DNA from: the human T2T-CHM13v2.0 reference genome, Homo sapiens | Reading direction: 5' to 3' (one strand) | Length of the DNA: 64,000 nt | NCBI RefSeq assembly: GCF_009914755.1 | Contig: NC_060936.1 | Part shown: piece after piece, positions 1-17,011 of the stretch | How positions within the stretch are numbered: the first letter of the stretch is position 1 | Layout of the letters: each line of letters opens with the position of its first letter | Notes under the pieces: generated by a model | What the model was told of the DNA's origin: nothing | What the model saw: the letters and a program-made list of their open reading frames with translations, nothing else | Databases searched by the model: none | Program-made: the position numbers and the translations under genes

Positions 1-186
<186 letters not shown>

Positions 187-384
187 TCAGGAGGCTGAGG
201 CAGGAGAATCGCTTGAACCTGGGAGGCGGAAGTTGCAATGAGCCGAAATGGTGCCACTGGACTCCAGCCTGGGTGATAGAGAATCCATGTCAAAAAAGAA
301 AGAAGGAAGGAAGGAAGGAAGGAAGGAAGGAAGGAAACAAAGAAAGAAAGGGAAAAGAAAAGCCAAAACTGCAATTACTTGTGC

Positions 385-2951
<2,567 letters not shown>

Positions 2952-3319
2952 TCAGAGAAATAGAAAGTAGAAACGTGCTTCCTAGGAGTTAGGGGTTTGG
3001 GGAAATGGAGAGATATTGGTCAAAGTGTGCAAACTTGCAGTTATAAGATGAATACATTCTGGAGAGCTAATGTGCTACACAGGGATTACAGTTAACAACT
3101 TGTTCTATACTTGAAATTTGCTAAGAGAGGCCTTAAGTATTCTTATCATAAAAAAGGTAACTGTGTGAGATGATGGATATGTTAATCAGCTTGATAGAAA
3201 CAGTCGTTTCACAATGTACTTCAAAACGTCAACAGTGTACACCTTGACTGTATAACATTTTGTCAATTACACCTCAATAAAGCTGAAAAACATACGTAAT
3301 AAAATAAAAATAAAGACAT

Positions 3320-4140
3320 CTTATTTACTATATGTTGTTGATTCATTAACATTGAACTCATGGCCAACTGCACTATTGCTCATGCCCAAACAAAGCTTAT
3401 CTAATACATATTTTCTCTTTAAAGCATGTCACAGACTTCTCGCACTTAGGAACACTATATAGGACTCTAGTACTGGGCTTGGGGATCATTTTAAACAGCA
3501 AAGTCACCAATAAAGGCACTCTCTCAGCCCACATCTTTCTCCTGTGTTGGATGCTTCTTGCCCTCGAACATCAGACTCTAAGTTTTTCAGCTTTGGGACT
3601 TGGGCTGGCTCTCCTTGCTCCTCAGCTTGCAGACAGCCTATTGTGGGACCTGTGATCATTTAAGTTAATACTTAATAAACTCATATATATTTATATAATA
3701 AACTAATATACATATAAACTCATATGATAATATGAATTCATTCGTTTTGTTATATATTATTACATTAGTTTGTTAAACTCATATGAGTGTATTATATAAA
3801 CTCATATATAATACTCATAAACTCATATATATATGAGATATATATATGTATCCTATTAGTTCTGTCCCTCTAGAGAACCCTGACTAATACAGGCACAAAA
3901 ATGAAAAAAAGTATCACCCCTAATAAACCACGAAAAAGACACAAAGACACAGACATAAGTAAGAAGCCAGTTTCCCCTTGTTCACTCTCAGCTGGGAATG
4001 TGCCCACTGACAGACACAAATTTTTTGCTGCTCTGCACATTTTCATGAATGACCTTGAGTATTAATTTTGGAGTTACAATCTTAACAAGCACGCATATTT
4101 GCAAATGCAGTATCCATGAATAATGAGAATTGACTGTACA
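3320..4140. mobile_element. Tigger-type DNA transposon (MER6-like) interrupted by an MLT2-like LTR with (TA)n (~3525-3890)
   Basis: End motif gaataatgagaattgactgta; MLT2 motif ttctgtccctctagagaaccctgactaataca. Confidence 0.6.
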
Positions 4141-6362
4141 TGTAACTAGCCCCAGAGTTCTAATCTGTCATCTGGGTTTTGGATACAGTATCTTCTTCTT
4201 TTTTTTGAGACAGAGTCTTCCTCTGTTGCCCACCTCAGCTCACTGCAACCTCCACTTCCTGGGTTCAAGTGATTCTCGTGCCTCAGCCTCCTGAGTAGCT
4301 GGGATTACAGATGCATGCCACCATGCCCGGCTAATTTTTGTATTTTTAGTAGAGTCAGGGTTTCAACATGTTGTTCAGGCTGGTCTGTCTGCCTCGGCCT
4401 CCCAAAGTGCTGGGATTACAGGCATAAGCCACTGTCCCCAGACTGGATACCTTATCTTATCATGCCATTAGGGCCAATTGTCATATTATCTCCAGGCAAA
4501 AGTGATCAAGCATCAAATGTGCACTCTTACATTCCAACTATGGAGTGATAACCAGACTGTTAGTCTGCACAGGCTGTAATATCTCTGATATTACAAGCTC
4601 TGAAGGCAACTGAGCATGGCAATTCTGGCCATGGTCTACAACAGCATAATAGAGATCATCTGGCTCAAAATTTAAATTTAGCTCCTATACTGTAATCACC
4701 TTGAGAGCAAAAATCCCTTTGTGTCCATCAAGACTTATTACTCAAGGCCTTGTATGGTGTCTAACAGACCAATTGTTTTAGTATAATATGACCATGACTG
4801 CAGAAGGCTTACTGTACCTCCTTTCATGGGTAATAGGTGTCCCATTTAATAGAATTATTCAAAACCTTAATAGGCACACTTCAAACTGAAATTCCACGAA
4901 CTCTGGCAGCTACGTGAAAAAAGTTTTAAATGACGTGGAAAGAAGACCACTGTTACTTCTCAAGTCATGCCATTCCTAACAGTTCACTTACTTCCCATGA
5001 GCCCCAGATTCCACAGTTGCTTGGCTTGTAAGGCCATTTATTTCCTGAAAACAATTTTCTTTTCTGAGAAGATACATTAGCTTCAATGCAATTTGTTATG
5101 GAATCATACTAAAAACAGGATAGATTCTGATTCCAAATTGTTGTTAATGAATTAAAAAGCTGAGGATTTCCTTGTATCTTTGAGTGACATTCTTCTTCAA
5201 GTCTCATCACCATCTTTATGTCTCTTTGCAAGATGTAGTAAATTATTTGGGAAAGTTTTGGATCAGAGAAAGTTGTTCTCAGGCTCATGTCATTTTCTTT
5301 TCTGTTTAGAAATTCATGAAAGACATTTTAAGAAACAGAATGAGAGCTATTCTTGGAATCATGGAATTTTAAAGCAGGAACATAAATTTTGACATGATTT
5401 TTATATAATATATTACATAATTATATAATTACTATTAACCTTATTTTATTTATTAATTTATTGATCAAGACTCAAAGAAGTTTTCAGCATGGTTCAAACT
5501 GTGGAGTGATGACCTATTGAGTCATTAGCAGCTAGTGAAAGCCTTTTAGCTGTTGGTGACCATTAATAAAAAATAACTACAAAGCATTACAAAAGAAAAT
5601 AGAGTACGTCACATATAATCCTGGTAACTACAGTTTTATAAAACTTTTATTTGTACTTTATGAAAGTGTATGTGTGTGCCATACACATGTATGTGTGCAT
5701 TTGTGTGTATGCACTGGGCCATGCTATTTCTTACTTTGGGCTGTCTCAGTCAAAAAAGTACAAAAATCACTGATCTAAATGAATTACTGATAACCCAAAG
5801 GAAATAAATAGTGTATTAGGAAATTGAACACAGGTTGCCTACTCCACATTTGGTACAATTTGTTCTGTACCAAAATTCAGAAAGATATGATAAAACTGTA
5901 ATTTAAGGGATTTGGTATATTAGATTTATGAAGTCAAAATAGAGAAAACACTATAAAGTACAATAATCAAAATGATTCCATATTTCCAATAATTTTATAA
6001 ATTATTAGTTTGAGTGTAGATTGAAGTATAAATTGGCAGCTCTTATCAAAATTTAATTATGCATACCTTTTGCCCAAAAGTTCTATTTCCAAGTACACTT
6101 TAAGAGATATGCTAATATGTAAGCATATATCCACAAGGATGCTTATTGCAGTATTTATTAAGCAAGGCAATAAAGGGAAGAAAAAGGAGACTCATGCAGT
6201 ATCCATCAATAGGTGTCACTGTGGGACAACACAAAAATTGAAATTAGGCGTTAAGGTTTCATTCTGTAATAATCAATATTTTTGTTAGAACTCGGTTGAG
6301 GCCGGGTGCAGTGGCTCACGCCTGTAATCCCAGCACTTTGACAGGCCAAGGCAGGTGGATCA

Positions 6363-6578
<216 letters not shown>

Positions 6579-7574
6579 TCAAAAAAAAAAAAAAAGAAGA
6601 AGAATTCGGTTGATAAAATATATGAATTAACTCTTTTGTGTATGCTTGTATCATTCTCTTACCAAAAAGACTTTGTGCAGACATGCCTATCTTAACCAGA
6701 CCCATTTATGTATAACCTTGAACTGTGAAGGCCAGGATCTGTAGATAAAAGGATGTATAAAATTAAGTTATTCCAAGTATTTAAATAGAACTCTGTTTTC
6801 TGTTGGCCACAGTGATCTATTTTACATGTAGGAATTTCTGCCACACAATATAAAATTGTTCAGGTATATATACTACCTTGCCTCAAAAAAATCCAAATTG
6901 ACACAGATATATAATTTAAACCGTGATTTCAAAACTCAGACTATCACATGGTAAATATGAGTAGATGCTGAGGAAGAACAGGTGCTATATTTTTATAGCA
7001 TCCATATGTTTTTTAGCCAACAGATACAACAGATATCTAAATCTAGAAACTTTTTTCTCCATGACTTCCCCAGGGTAAATAAGTATACAAGGAGTAATGG
7101 CAGATGAAAATGTCCTCCTCTAATTTTCTTTTTACTTTCCTAGTAGCATTTTGTCTTGACTACTAAAAGAATATATCTTCTAAATTTTTTTTTCTTTTTT
7201 AGTTTTTAATGACTGCCTTCCACAAGGAGCTGCCTCAAATACTGAAAGCTTGGTTTTTCCTCCAACTCTGAGCTTTGTTGATTCCTAGGGCCAGTGATTC
7301 CTGAAACGAACCTATTGCAGAGAGGGGCCTATTAAGTTTGATACTTAATCCTAGCATTAAAGTTACATAGGAAATATAGTTAGAGTTATATAAGGAATAA
7401 TTCCCTATAACTTTTCTCTATCTCCCAAGAAAATAAAACAAGCCATATATAGTAAGTGTTCTCATTTCTCTACGTTAGCTTCACCTGCATCTGTAGTTGA
7501 AACAGTCTGGGCCTTTGAAACTTACAATCATTATAAAGATTTACATAATAAATAAGCCAGAGACAACTTTTTTT

Positions 7575-8040
7575 TACTCTCAGTCTTTAACTTAAAAGGT
7601 TGTTATTTAGCTTCACAAGGATATTATAATATAGATATTGATCAATTTTCAAAACGTTTTGATGGTACTAATTCAAGTACATTGTACTTGAAATTTGATT
7701 CACAAATTTCTGAGCATTGCCCATAGTATAAACCTGGCTGGGTATATATATTGAAGTTTCTTGATTTAAACGTATGAAAATTGTGTCAGTTTTTAAGCTT
7801 AATGAAGGTATGGCTCATGAGTATAATATATCTTCAAATGAGATTAACACACAAATTGACTTTTCTATGGTCATTGACCTTGATTAGTTATGCTTCTCTG
7901 GCTTTTGGTCAGCTGTGGAAATTATATAAGGGTTGCAGTTTAGGTCTTCATAGTTTTTGTATTCATAACTTCAGTAATATTGATGGCCTATGTTTTTTAG
8001 ACTCAAAGAAGGATTTTAATAATTGATAATTTATTAATTT
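7575..8040 (-). pseudogene. NUMT: 3' half of MT-CO2 plus tRNA-Lys
   Basis: Reverse complement encodes degenerate ...MGHQ.YWSYEY...[19 protein letters not shown]...[12 protein letters not shown]...VLELVP...; tRNA-Lys core aaccttttaagttaaaga at ~7580-7605. Confidence 0.85.
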
Positions 8041-8067
8041 TAATAATATAATAATATTCATCCAATA

Positions 8068-8752
8068 CATTAGTTAGCGGCTAAATATCTTAACCAACTG
8101 GCTTTACTCTACTTTTCCCTCCCTGGAAAAAAAAATGCAGAAGTGCCCCCCTACCGCTGCAGAATTGAAGCTGCTCCTTTAACTTTGCAAATTCAGTGTG
8201 AAATTTCACCTCAGGACTTGGTGAAAAGAGGTTTAATCTCTGTCTTTAGATTTATAGACTAATGCTCACTCAGCCATTTTTACCTTGCTTCTCCCTATGT
8301 TCATTAATCGTTGATTATTCTCAACAAACCACAAAAACACTGACACATTATAATTTGGTGCCTAAGCCAGAATAGTGGGGACTGCCTTCCATCTTCTTTT
8401 TGTTTTTTTGTTTTTGTAGCTTGTGGGCTTTTTAAAATTTTTATTGTTATTTGAAGTTCTAGGGTACATGTGCAGGACATGTCCATACCAAATTGGGTCA
8501 GCCAGAAGCTATGTATTAGGAGATGATCAAATCTGTAATGTTATCATTGCTGCCTATATATTTGCAATAATTTTTTATGGTTTTACCTATTCTAATCAAT
8601 GGTTTCAGTAATTTATTAATTCCATTAATAATTGGGGCTCCAGATAAAGTATTCCCAGAAATACAGAATAGGTTTCTGACTTCTGCCCCTATCATTCCTC
8701 CTCTTGCAATAGTCTAAGCTGCTGCTAAACAGGGTGACCAGTCTACCCACCT
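8068..8752 (+). pseudogene. NUMT: part of tRNA-Asn, OL, tRNA-Cys, tRNA-Tyr and MT-CO1 codons ~1-130 (interrupted by a short L1 3' fragment at ~8390-8480)
   Basis: ATG at 8297 begins MFINRWLFSTNHK; later LGQP...LGDDQI.NVI, LMIGAPD and GW..YPP remnants; tRNA-Tyr/Cys look-alikes at 8146-8284. Confidence 0.9.
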
Positions 8753-8766
8753 GTTTGGGGCTTTGC

Positions 8767-9455
8767 CACAGTCTGAGCTGTCAAAGTGTCTGTCAAAATC
8801 TTAGGTTTATATGTATTTTGGAGTTGAGGTCAATTACTCACATATGTGGTCTGATGAGGTGTGACATAACACTCTTGCAGGGAGGGGGAATTACATTTTC
8901 CTATCACATCAAAATATACGTTACTCAAGTAGCAAACTATGGAAGTGGAATCATTTTAAAGCTTTAAAACAGCACTTTTAGCTGGAAATTTAGCCCAGGC
9001 AGGAGCTTCTGTAGATCAAACCATTTTCTCATTACACTTAGCAAATATTTCATCAATGTTAGATGCTACTAATTTTAACAGTTATTAATATTCAACCACA
9101 AACTATATCCAACATCAAAAATTGATATTTATTTGATCTGTATTAATTACAGCTGTGCTCTTGCTACTTTCTCTTCTAGTTTTAGCGCTGGCATTACTAC
9201 ACCTGTGCTATTCACAAACATAACCTTAATACTACTATGTTTGATCCCACAAAAAGAGGACACTTAATTTTATATCAATGTTTTTTTCTAATTTTTTCTC
9301 TTACAGAAGTTTATATTCTTATTTTATTCAGATTTAGAAGAGTTTCACATGTTGTAACATATTCAGGAAAAAAGAATTATTCAGTTACATAGGAATAGTC
9401 TAAAACATAATATCTATTGGTTCCCTAAGATTCACTGTATACACCTGATATGGCT
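8767..9455. repeat. ~690-bp inverted duplicate of 34884-35561
   Basis: Continuous reverse-complement similarity, including the non-mitochondrial 8767-8975 segment. Confidence 0.9.
8975..9442 (+). pseudogene. NUMT: MT-CO1 codons ~131-288 (copy 1)
   Basis: [22 protein letters not shown]...WSVLITAVLLLLSL...NLNTT.FDP...EVYILI...SGK remnants. Confidence 0.9.
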
Positions 9456-9462
9456 TATACAC

Positions 9463-9809
9463 GATTGAAAAGGCAAGCCATAGGCTGGGAGAAAATAATT
9501 GCACATCAAATATTTAATAATAAGTTTGTATCTAGAATACATAAAGAACTCTCATAACTCAATTTTAAAGAGTAAACAATAGGCAAAAAGATTTGAACAG
9601 ACACTTCCCCAGGGAAGATAGTCACATGGAAAATAATCACCTGAAATTAACACCATTAGTCATTAGAGAAATGCAAATTAAACCCACAATCAAATACCAA
9701 TACACAATGATTAGAATAGCTAAAATAAAAAGACTTTACAATACCACATATTGGCAAGGAGGAAGAATAACTAAAAATTTCTTATTGTTTAAATGCAAAA
9801 TGGTACCAT
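9463..9809. repeat. ~345-bp inverted duplicate of 14405-14747 (old L1M segment)
   Basis: ORFs 9593+ and 14621- share idiosyncratic residues (IRIAKIKRLYNTTYWQGG..TKNFLLFKC). Confidence 0.88.
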
Positions 9810-10480
9810 CATTTGGAAAACAATTTGGTGGTTTCTTACAAAGTTAAACATAAATGTACCACATAACTTAGAGACCCCAATCCTACATATTACCAAAATG
9901 AAATGTTTACACAAAAACCTGTACAAGATTGTTTATAGCGGCCTTATATGTAACTACCCAAACCAGAAGAACCCAAATGTCTCTCAACTAGTTAATGGAT
10001 TAACAAGTTGCAGAACATCCAAACAATGAAACACTACTCCACAATAAAAAAGAAGAACTACCTATACATGCTACAACAAGGATGAATCTCAAATGCACTG
10101 TGCTAAGTGAATGAAGCAAGACACAAAAGTTTCCATACTGTATGAATTCACTGAATGACATTCTGGAAAAGACAAAACTATAGGAATAGAAAGCATAGGG
10201 TTTGGCAAAGGAGAAGTTAATCACAAAAGGACGGAGGGAAATTTTTTGTTGTAATTTAACTGTTCTGTATATTAATTATGGCAGTGGTTACATGACTATA
10301 TCCCTTTGTCAACACTTGCAGAACTAATACACTAAAAGGATATATTTTGCTGTATTATACTTTAATATAAAGTACATAAAAAGATAAAGCAATAAACTTT
10401 TCAGAAGAAAACAGAGAACATCTTCATGACATTGGAGTAAGTGGTTTTCTTAAATAGTATACAATTACCAGAGGAAATAA

Positions 10481-10831
<351 letters not shown>

Positions 10832-11195
10832 TAAAAAGCACTACTAAAAAAGCTTTAAAGGTATCTCTCGTAAGGGGAGAAGTTTTGCAATTCAGATGTC
10901 TATGAAGGGCTTATATGCAGAATATATAAATGATTCCTACAGGTAATAAAAAAAGATAAACAACTTAGAAAAAATTGGGCAAGATACTTGAACAGATATG
11001 TCACAAAAAGTGATTTTCCAATAACCAAAGAGCATTTGAAAATTGCTCAATTTCATTAATCATCAAAGAAAACTCAAATGTTATATAACTACATCCCACT
11101 ATAATGGCTAAAATGAAAAATACCTGAAAATTCCAAGTGTCAGTGAGGATGTGGAGCAAATAGATTTCTCAGGCTTGAGGGAGTATAACTAATAC

Positions 11196-11650
11196 TGAGA
11201 GGTGAAACCAGCTGGACATCCTGGGTGAGTAGGGATTTGGAGAACTTTTCTGTCTTACAAGAGGATTGTAAAATGCACCAATCAGCACTCTGTAGCTAGG
11301 ATTGTAAAACGCACCAATCGGCGCTCTGTAGCTAGGATTGTAAAACGCACCAATCAGCGCTCTGTAGCTAGCTAGAGGTTTGTAAAATGAACCAATCAGC
11401 AGGACATGGGTGGGGACAAATAAGGAAATAAAAGCTGGCCACCCCCCGCCAGCAGTGGCAACCTGCTTGGGTCCCCTTCCGATGCTGTGGAAACTTCGTT
11501 CTTTCGCTCTTCACAATAAATCTTGCTGCTGCTCACTCTTTGGGTCCATGCCACCTTTAAGAGATGTAACATTTACCGTGAAGGTCTGTGGCTTCATTCT
11601 TGAGGTCAGCGAGACCACGAACCCACCAGAAGGAACCAATTCCATACACA
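11196..11650 (+). mobile_element. Short LTR12-family (ERV9) solo LTR
   Basis: TGAGAGGTGAAACCAGCTGG start, tandem CACCAATC (NF-Y) repeats, ...ACACA end, imperfect 4-bp TSD atac/agac. Confidence 0.85.
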
Positions 11651-12794
11651 AGACATCAAAAGACATGTACAAAATAGCCATAACAGTTTTATTTATAATA
11701 GCGCCAAACTAGAAAACACCAGCAGTAAAGTGAATAAATGAAATGTGGTCTATTCACACAATGGAGTGCAATATAGTAATGAGAATGAAAAAACTACAAC
11801 CACAGCCAACAATATTATACATGGATCTCACAAACAATATATAAAATAAAAAATCCAACAGAGAGGATTATATCCTTTATAATTCTATTTATATGGATTT
11901 CCAAAGTACACTGGAAACGGTATTGTTAGATGTTTACCTACTGGTTATGTGATGGAGGATGGTAACTGAAAGAATGTACAAATGGGATTGGGGGTGTCAG
12001 CAATGTTTTTTCTTGACCTGGATGACAATTACATGAGTGTGTTCAATCTATGAAAGGTGTAGAAAAGAACAATGTAATTGTATGGTTTTTCGTATGCACT
12101 CAAACTTCAAAAACAACTTCAAAGTGTACTAAAAATTCTACTGAAGAAACTAGAAAAATAGGTTTAAGTAACCTAGAATGTGAGAAATATTTCAGTGTCT
12201 GAATGGATCCCACCTCCCCTTCAATTTTACTTTCAAGGCATTTCCCTTTCCGAAGTTGAGCAGCAGCTAAAATTCTTTCATGCCCTTGGTAGAAAATGTA
12301 AGGCTTCAGGCTCTGTGGAATCCTCACAGAGATAATTGATGCAACATTGTCATTTCTCTGGGTTAATGAGAGTTTATTATTTTCAGAAGGCTCTGGGGCA
12401 AGGATGAAGCATAGTGAATTGTAAAGTAACTGTGACTCACAGGGAGAGGGAGAACCCTGCTCCCTGTGAGCATGGCTTGTTCCTTCTGCTTCAACCCATC
12501 TGAAGAGGATTGTCGCAGATTGGATTTTTCAGAAGCAGATGCTAAAACAAAGTGGCATTTATTCCTAAAAAATAAATGTTTTTAGGAATTAACACCTTGG
12601 AAAGAAAGCAGAGTCGGGGAATGATGAGACAACAAAATGTGATACGAGAAGAATTTGAACTGTGATCCAGGCACAACAGAGACCAAGCTGAGTATCTGGA
12701 CCGAACTGAGGGTCAGGCTGCTATTTCTCATGGCCCAATAACAAGATGATAATGTACTGGGGAGGAAGAGAGTTTTTATCTCTGTAACCAATTA

Positions 12795-13243
12795 TAAGGA
12801 AAAGGCCCAGAAATTTTCGCCAGACCAACTCAAAATTACAAAGTTTTCCAGAGTTCATAGACCTTCTAAGCTATATGTCTACATGTAAATGTGCATTCAT
12901 CTAAAGACATAAGTGATTAACTTCTTTTAATCTATAACTAAGGTCTGAGTCCTGATGACCTTCCTCTGGAGCCTCAGTAAATTTGCTTAATCTAAATGAG
13001 TCTAGATGCTGGGGTGATTACCCTTATCTTGTCTCCTGCTAAATCACAAAGGTTTGGGGAGTTCCTTCAGACTTCCAATAGACATGTTTAATCATGCTTT
13101 AAGGTTCGGGAAAGGCCTAGGCAAAACTCTTGCTGGGCTTTTGTTACATTCCAACCTGTGTATAAGAGCACTGGCTTTTAATAGTTAACCACTCTGAAAC
13201 AGTTGTTATGGAGGCCTGCATTAGTGAGACCTGGCCTGCCACA
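12795..13243 (-). mobile_element. ERV1-class solo LTR (subfamily not assigned)
   Basis: Reverse complement starts TGTGGCAGGCCAGGTCTCACTAA; LTR-like size and composition. Confidence 0.6.
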
Positions 13244-13258
13244 AAGCCATCTTGGTAG

Positions 13259-13483
<225 letters not shown>

Positions 13484-13861
13484 TAGTAGAGACAGTGTTT
13501 TGCCATGTTGGCCAGGCTGGTCTCGAACTCCTGACCTCAGGTGATCCATCCACCTCAGCCTCCCAGAGTGCTGGGATTACAGGCATGCCTAGCCATAAAT
13601 TGTTCTGATGATGTATTTCTGGTTTATGGAAAGGAAAAAAAAATTACAGGAGCCACAGAGATCACAGTAAGTATGATGGCGGGGGGAAAGAGCTACTCTT
13701 CGCACCATCAGAAGTATAATTCAAGGCAATAACTGTCTCATTTTCTGCCCTCAGAGCTGTGTTTGCTACTTAAAATATCTGTGAACCAATGAAAATTTCA
13801 AATGAGCAGCAGGATGTAAAGCAAATGAGAAATTTAAGCTGTGCTCCCAGAAGGCAATTAT

Positions 13862-14404
13862 TATTAAATATATGTACCACAGCATTATCATCATCATACA
13901 CATGAAATCAATTATCACCCTAAGCAACCACAATTTCAGTTACCTTATTTTCCTTAGGAAGTCTACCATCACTTACCAGATTTTTACCTAAATGAATTAT
14001 TATTCATGTCAAAGAACAATAGTTTATTATACCAACATTTGTAGCTATCATAGCTTTACTTAGTTTATATTTTTATGTCTGACTGATTTACTCTACACCA
14101 CTTAAAATATTGCCAACAACCAACAACATAAAAACAAAATGCCAGGTGAAGAATACAAACAAAATAGCCTTTCTATCTCCACTTAGGATATTATCAATCT
14201 TTTCTTTCCCCCTTGCACGAATATTTTTAGCATTGGATCAGGAATTTAGGTTAGCCAGAACAACAACCCTCAAAGTCTTAAGCAAGTATATCATACTTAA
14301 TTCCTGAAAAATAAGGACTGTAAAACTTTATCCCACATTAATTGAATGAAAATTAAACACTTTTATTAAGCTAAAACCTCATTAGGCTAGTAGGCTCCAG
14401 CCCC
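13862..14404 (+). pseudogene. NUMT: MT-ND2 3' part, tRNA-Trp (~14240-14306), tRNA-Ala (~14312-14381) and part of tRNA-Asn
   Basis: SLGSLPSLT.FLPKWIII...PTFVAIMALLSLYF...PTTNNMKTK remnants; aggaatttaggtta...cttaattcctg and taaggactg...ttaagctaa tRNA signatures. Confidence 0.85.
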
Positions 14405-15672
14405 ATGGTACCACTCTGCATTTAAACAATAAGAAATTTTTAGTTACTCCTCCTCCTTGCCAGTATGTGGTATTGTAAAGTCTTTTTATTTTAGCTATTC
14501 TAATCATTGTGTATTGGTATTTGGTTGTGGTTTTAATTTGCATTTCTCTAATGACTAGTGATGTTAATTTCAGGTGCCTATTTTCTATCTGAGTATCTTC
14601 CCTGGGGAAGTATCTGTTCAAATCTTTTTGCCTATTGTTTACTCTTTAAAATTGAGTTATGAGAGTTCTTTATGTATTCTAGATACAAACTTATTAACTA
14701 TATGATGTGCAATTATTTTCTTCCAGACTATGGCTAGCCTTCCAATCTTTTAATGGTCTTTTGAAGAAGTAAAGTTTTTAATTTTCATAATATCTACCTT
14801 ATTAGTTTGTCCTTTGGTGTTGGTCTTATGTCCAAGAACTCTTTGCTTACCCAAGGTGACAAAGATTTTTCTTTTAAATTTTCTTCTTCCTAGTGTTGGT
14901 GATGAGAAATTGGAAGTCAATATAATTGTATTTCCTTTGAGTATTATGTGTTTTTCCACTCTGAAGTTTAGATGAAGATTTATGTTTTAGCTAAATCCTG
15001 AAAATTTCTCATTTATTGTTGTTATAATTATTATTGATTGTACTCTACTCCATTTAATATTTCTATAACTTGGATGCATATTGAAATTTCTGTATATGTA
15101 TCCTCCGTATCTCTTTTATATTCTTTGTCATTATTCCCCTTTTACTGTATTTTGGGAGAATTACTTATTTAGGTCTCTCGGGTCAAAATTTTTCTGGCAT
15201 TATCCATTCTGTTCTTCACCTACTATCTTAAGGATTTTCTTTCTATTTTCATAGGGCAAACTTTTATTTTTATAATCTATGGCTTTTAAAATTAATAAAA
15301 TATCGTTTAGTCTCTCTTTGAATATATTACTTATACTTCTTTTCTATATCTTCTCTGTTTTTTAAAACATGTTTCCTTGAGTGTAAAGTATTTCATTTGT
15401 TGTACTTACTGTTTTCATGGTCTTGCAAACCAAAAATGAAGATTTCTTCCTTCTCAGGGGAATCAAGGAAGAAGCCTCTCACTCAATTATGAGCCCCCAA
15501 AGCTGAAATTCTATTTAAGCCATTCCCTGAATTTTCTACATGAGAAAACAAATTATTTTCATGTGCCATATCACTACCAAAAATAAATATTAAATACAGT
15601 TCCATTATGTACATGGTGTGTTAGTGCTCTTCAACATTTAATAATCTACTACTACTGTACATAATCATATGA

Positions 15673-16162
<490 letters not shown>

Positions 16163-16207
16163 GTCCCGCTTCCTCTTTGCTGCACGCGCTCTCGTTGCCT
16201 GGCAACG

Positions 16208-16452
16208 GGAGGCGACGCCCGGATTGAGAGAGAGTAGGTGGGTGCATTGGGTGAGCGCCCACGACAGAGGCCGTTTTGACCGTTGGGCCTTGTCAGTTCC
16301 TTAGGACTCGCCTGGGTCTCCAGTCAGTGGCCGGAGGCGACTCCCGGATTGAGCCTAAGTGCGTGCGTTGGGTGCGCGCCCACCACAGAGGTGGTTTTGA
16401 CGGTTGGGCCGTGTGAGTTGCTAGGACTCACCTGGGTCTCCAGTCAGTGCCG
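16208..16452. repeat. Two diverged tandem copies of a ~120-bp GC-rich unit (16208-16332, 16333-16452)
   Basis: Both copies run GGAGGCGAC.CCCGGATTGAG...TTGGG...AGGACTC.CCTGGGTCTCCAGTCAGTG. Confidence 0.9.
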
Positions 16453-16456
16453 GGCT

Positions 16457-17011
16457 GCCGCCCCTGCCGCCGCCGCCGCCGCCCCTGCCGCCGCCGCCCC
16501 TGCCGCCGCCCCTGCCGCCGCCGCCGCCGCCCCTGCCGCCGCCGCCCCTGCCGCCGCCGCCCCTGCCGCCGCCGCCGCCGCCCCTGCCGCCGCCGCCGCC
16601 GCCGCCCCTGCCGCCGCCGCCGCCGCCGCCGCCGCCGCCCCTGCCGCCGCCGCCGCCGCCGCCGCCCCTGCCGCCGCCGCCGCCGCCGCCGCCCCTGCCG
16701 CCGCCGCCGCCGCCGCCGCCCCTGCCGCCGCCGCCGCCGCCGCCGCCCCTGCCGCCGCCGCCGCCGCCGCCGCCCCTGCCGCCGCCGCCGCCGCCGCCGC
16801 CCCTGCCGCCGCCGCCGCCGCCGCCGCCCCTGCCGCCGCCGCCGCCGCCGCCGCCCCTGCCGCCGCCGCCGCCGCCGCCGCCCCTGCCGCCGCCGCCGCC
16901 GCCGCCGCCCCTGCCGCCGCCGCCGCCGCCGCCGCCCCTGCCGCCGCCGCCGCCGCCGCCGCCCCTGCCGCCGCCGCCGCCGCCGCCGCCCCTGCCGCCG
17001 CCGCCGCCGCC
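16457..17011. repeat. Long interrupted GCC/CGG trinucleotide repeat: 185 triplets (162 GCC + 23 CCT)
   Basis: GCC runs of 2,6,4,3,6,4,4,6,7,10, then 13 runs of 8, then 6, each separated by CCT; counted by hand. Confidence 0.97.

Noticed and set aside
5385-5480. AT-rich stretch faintly resembling MT-ATP8
   Set aside because: Too low in complexity to support by eye; needs TBLASTN.
16640-16993. Regular 27-bp periodicity as a CRISPR-like array
   Set aside because: No unique spacers, and the context is eukaryotic; it is a simple tandem repeat.
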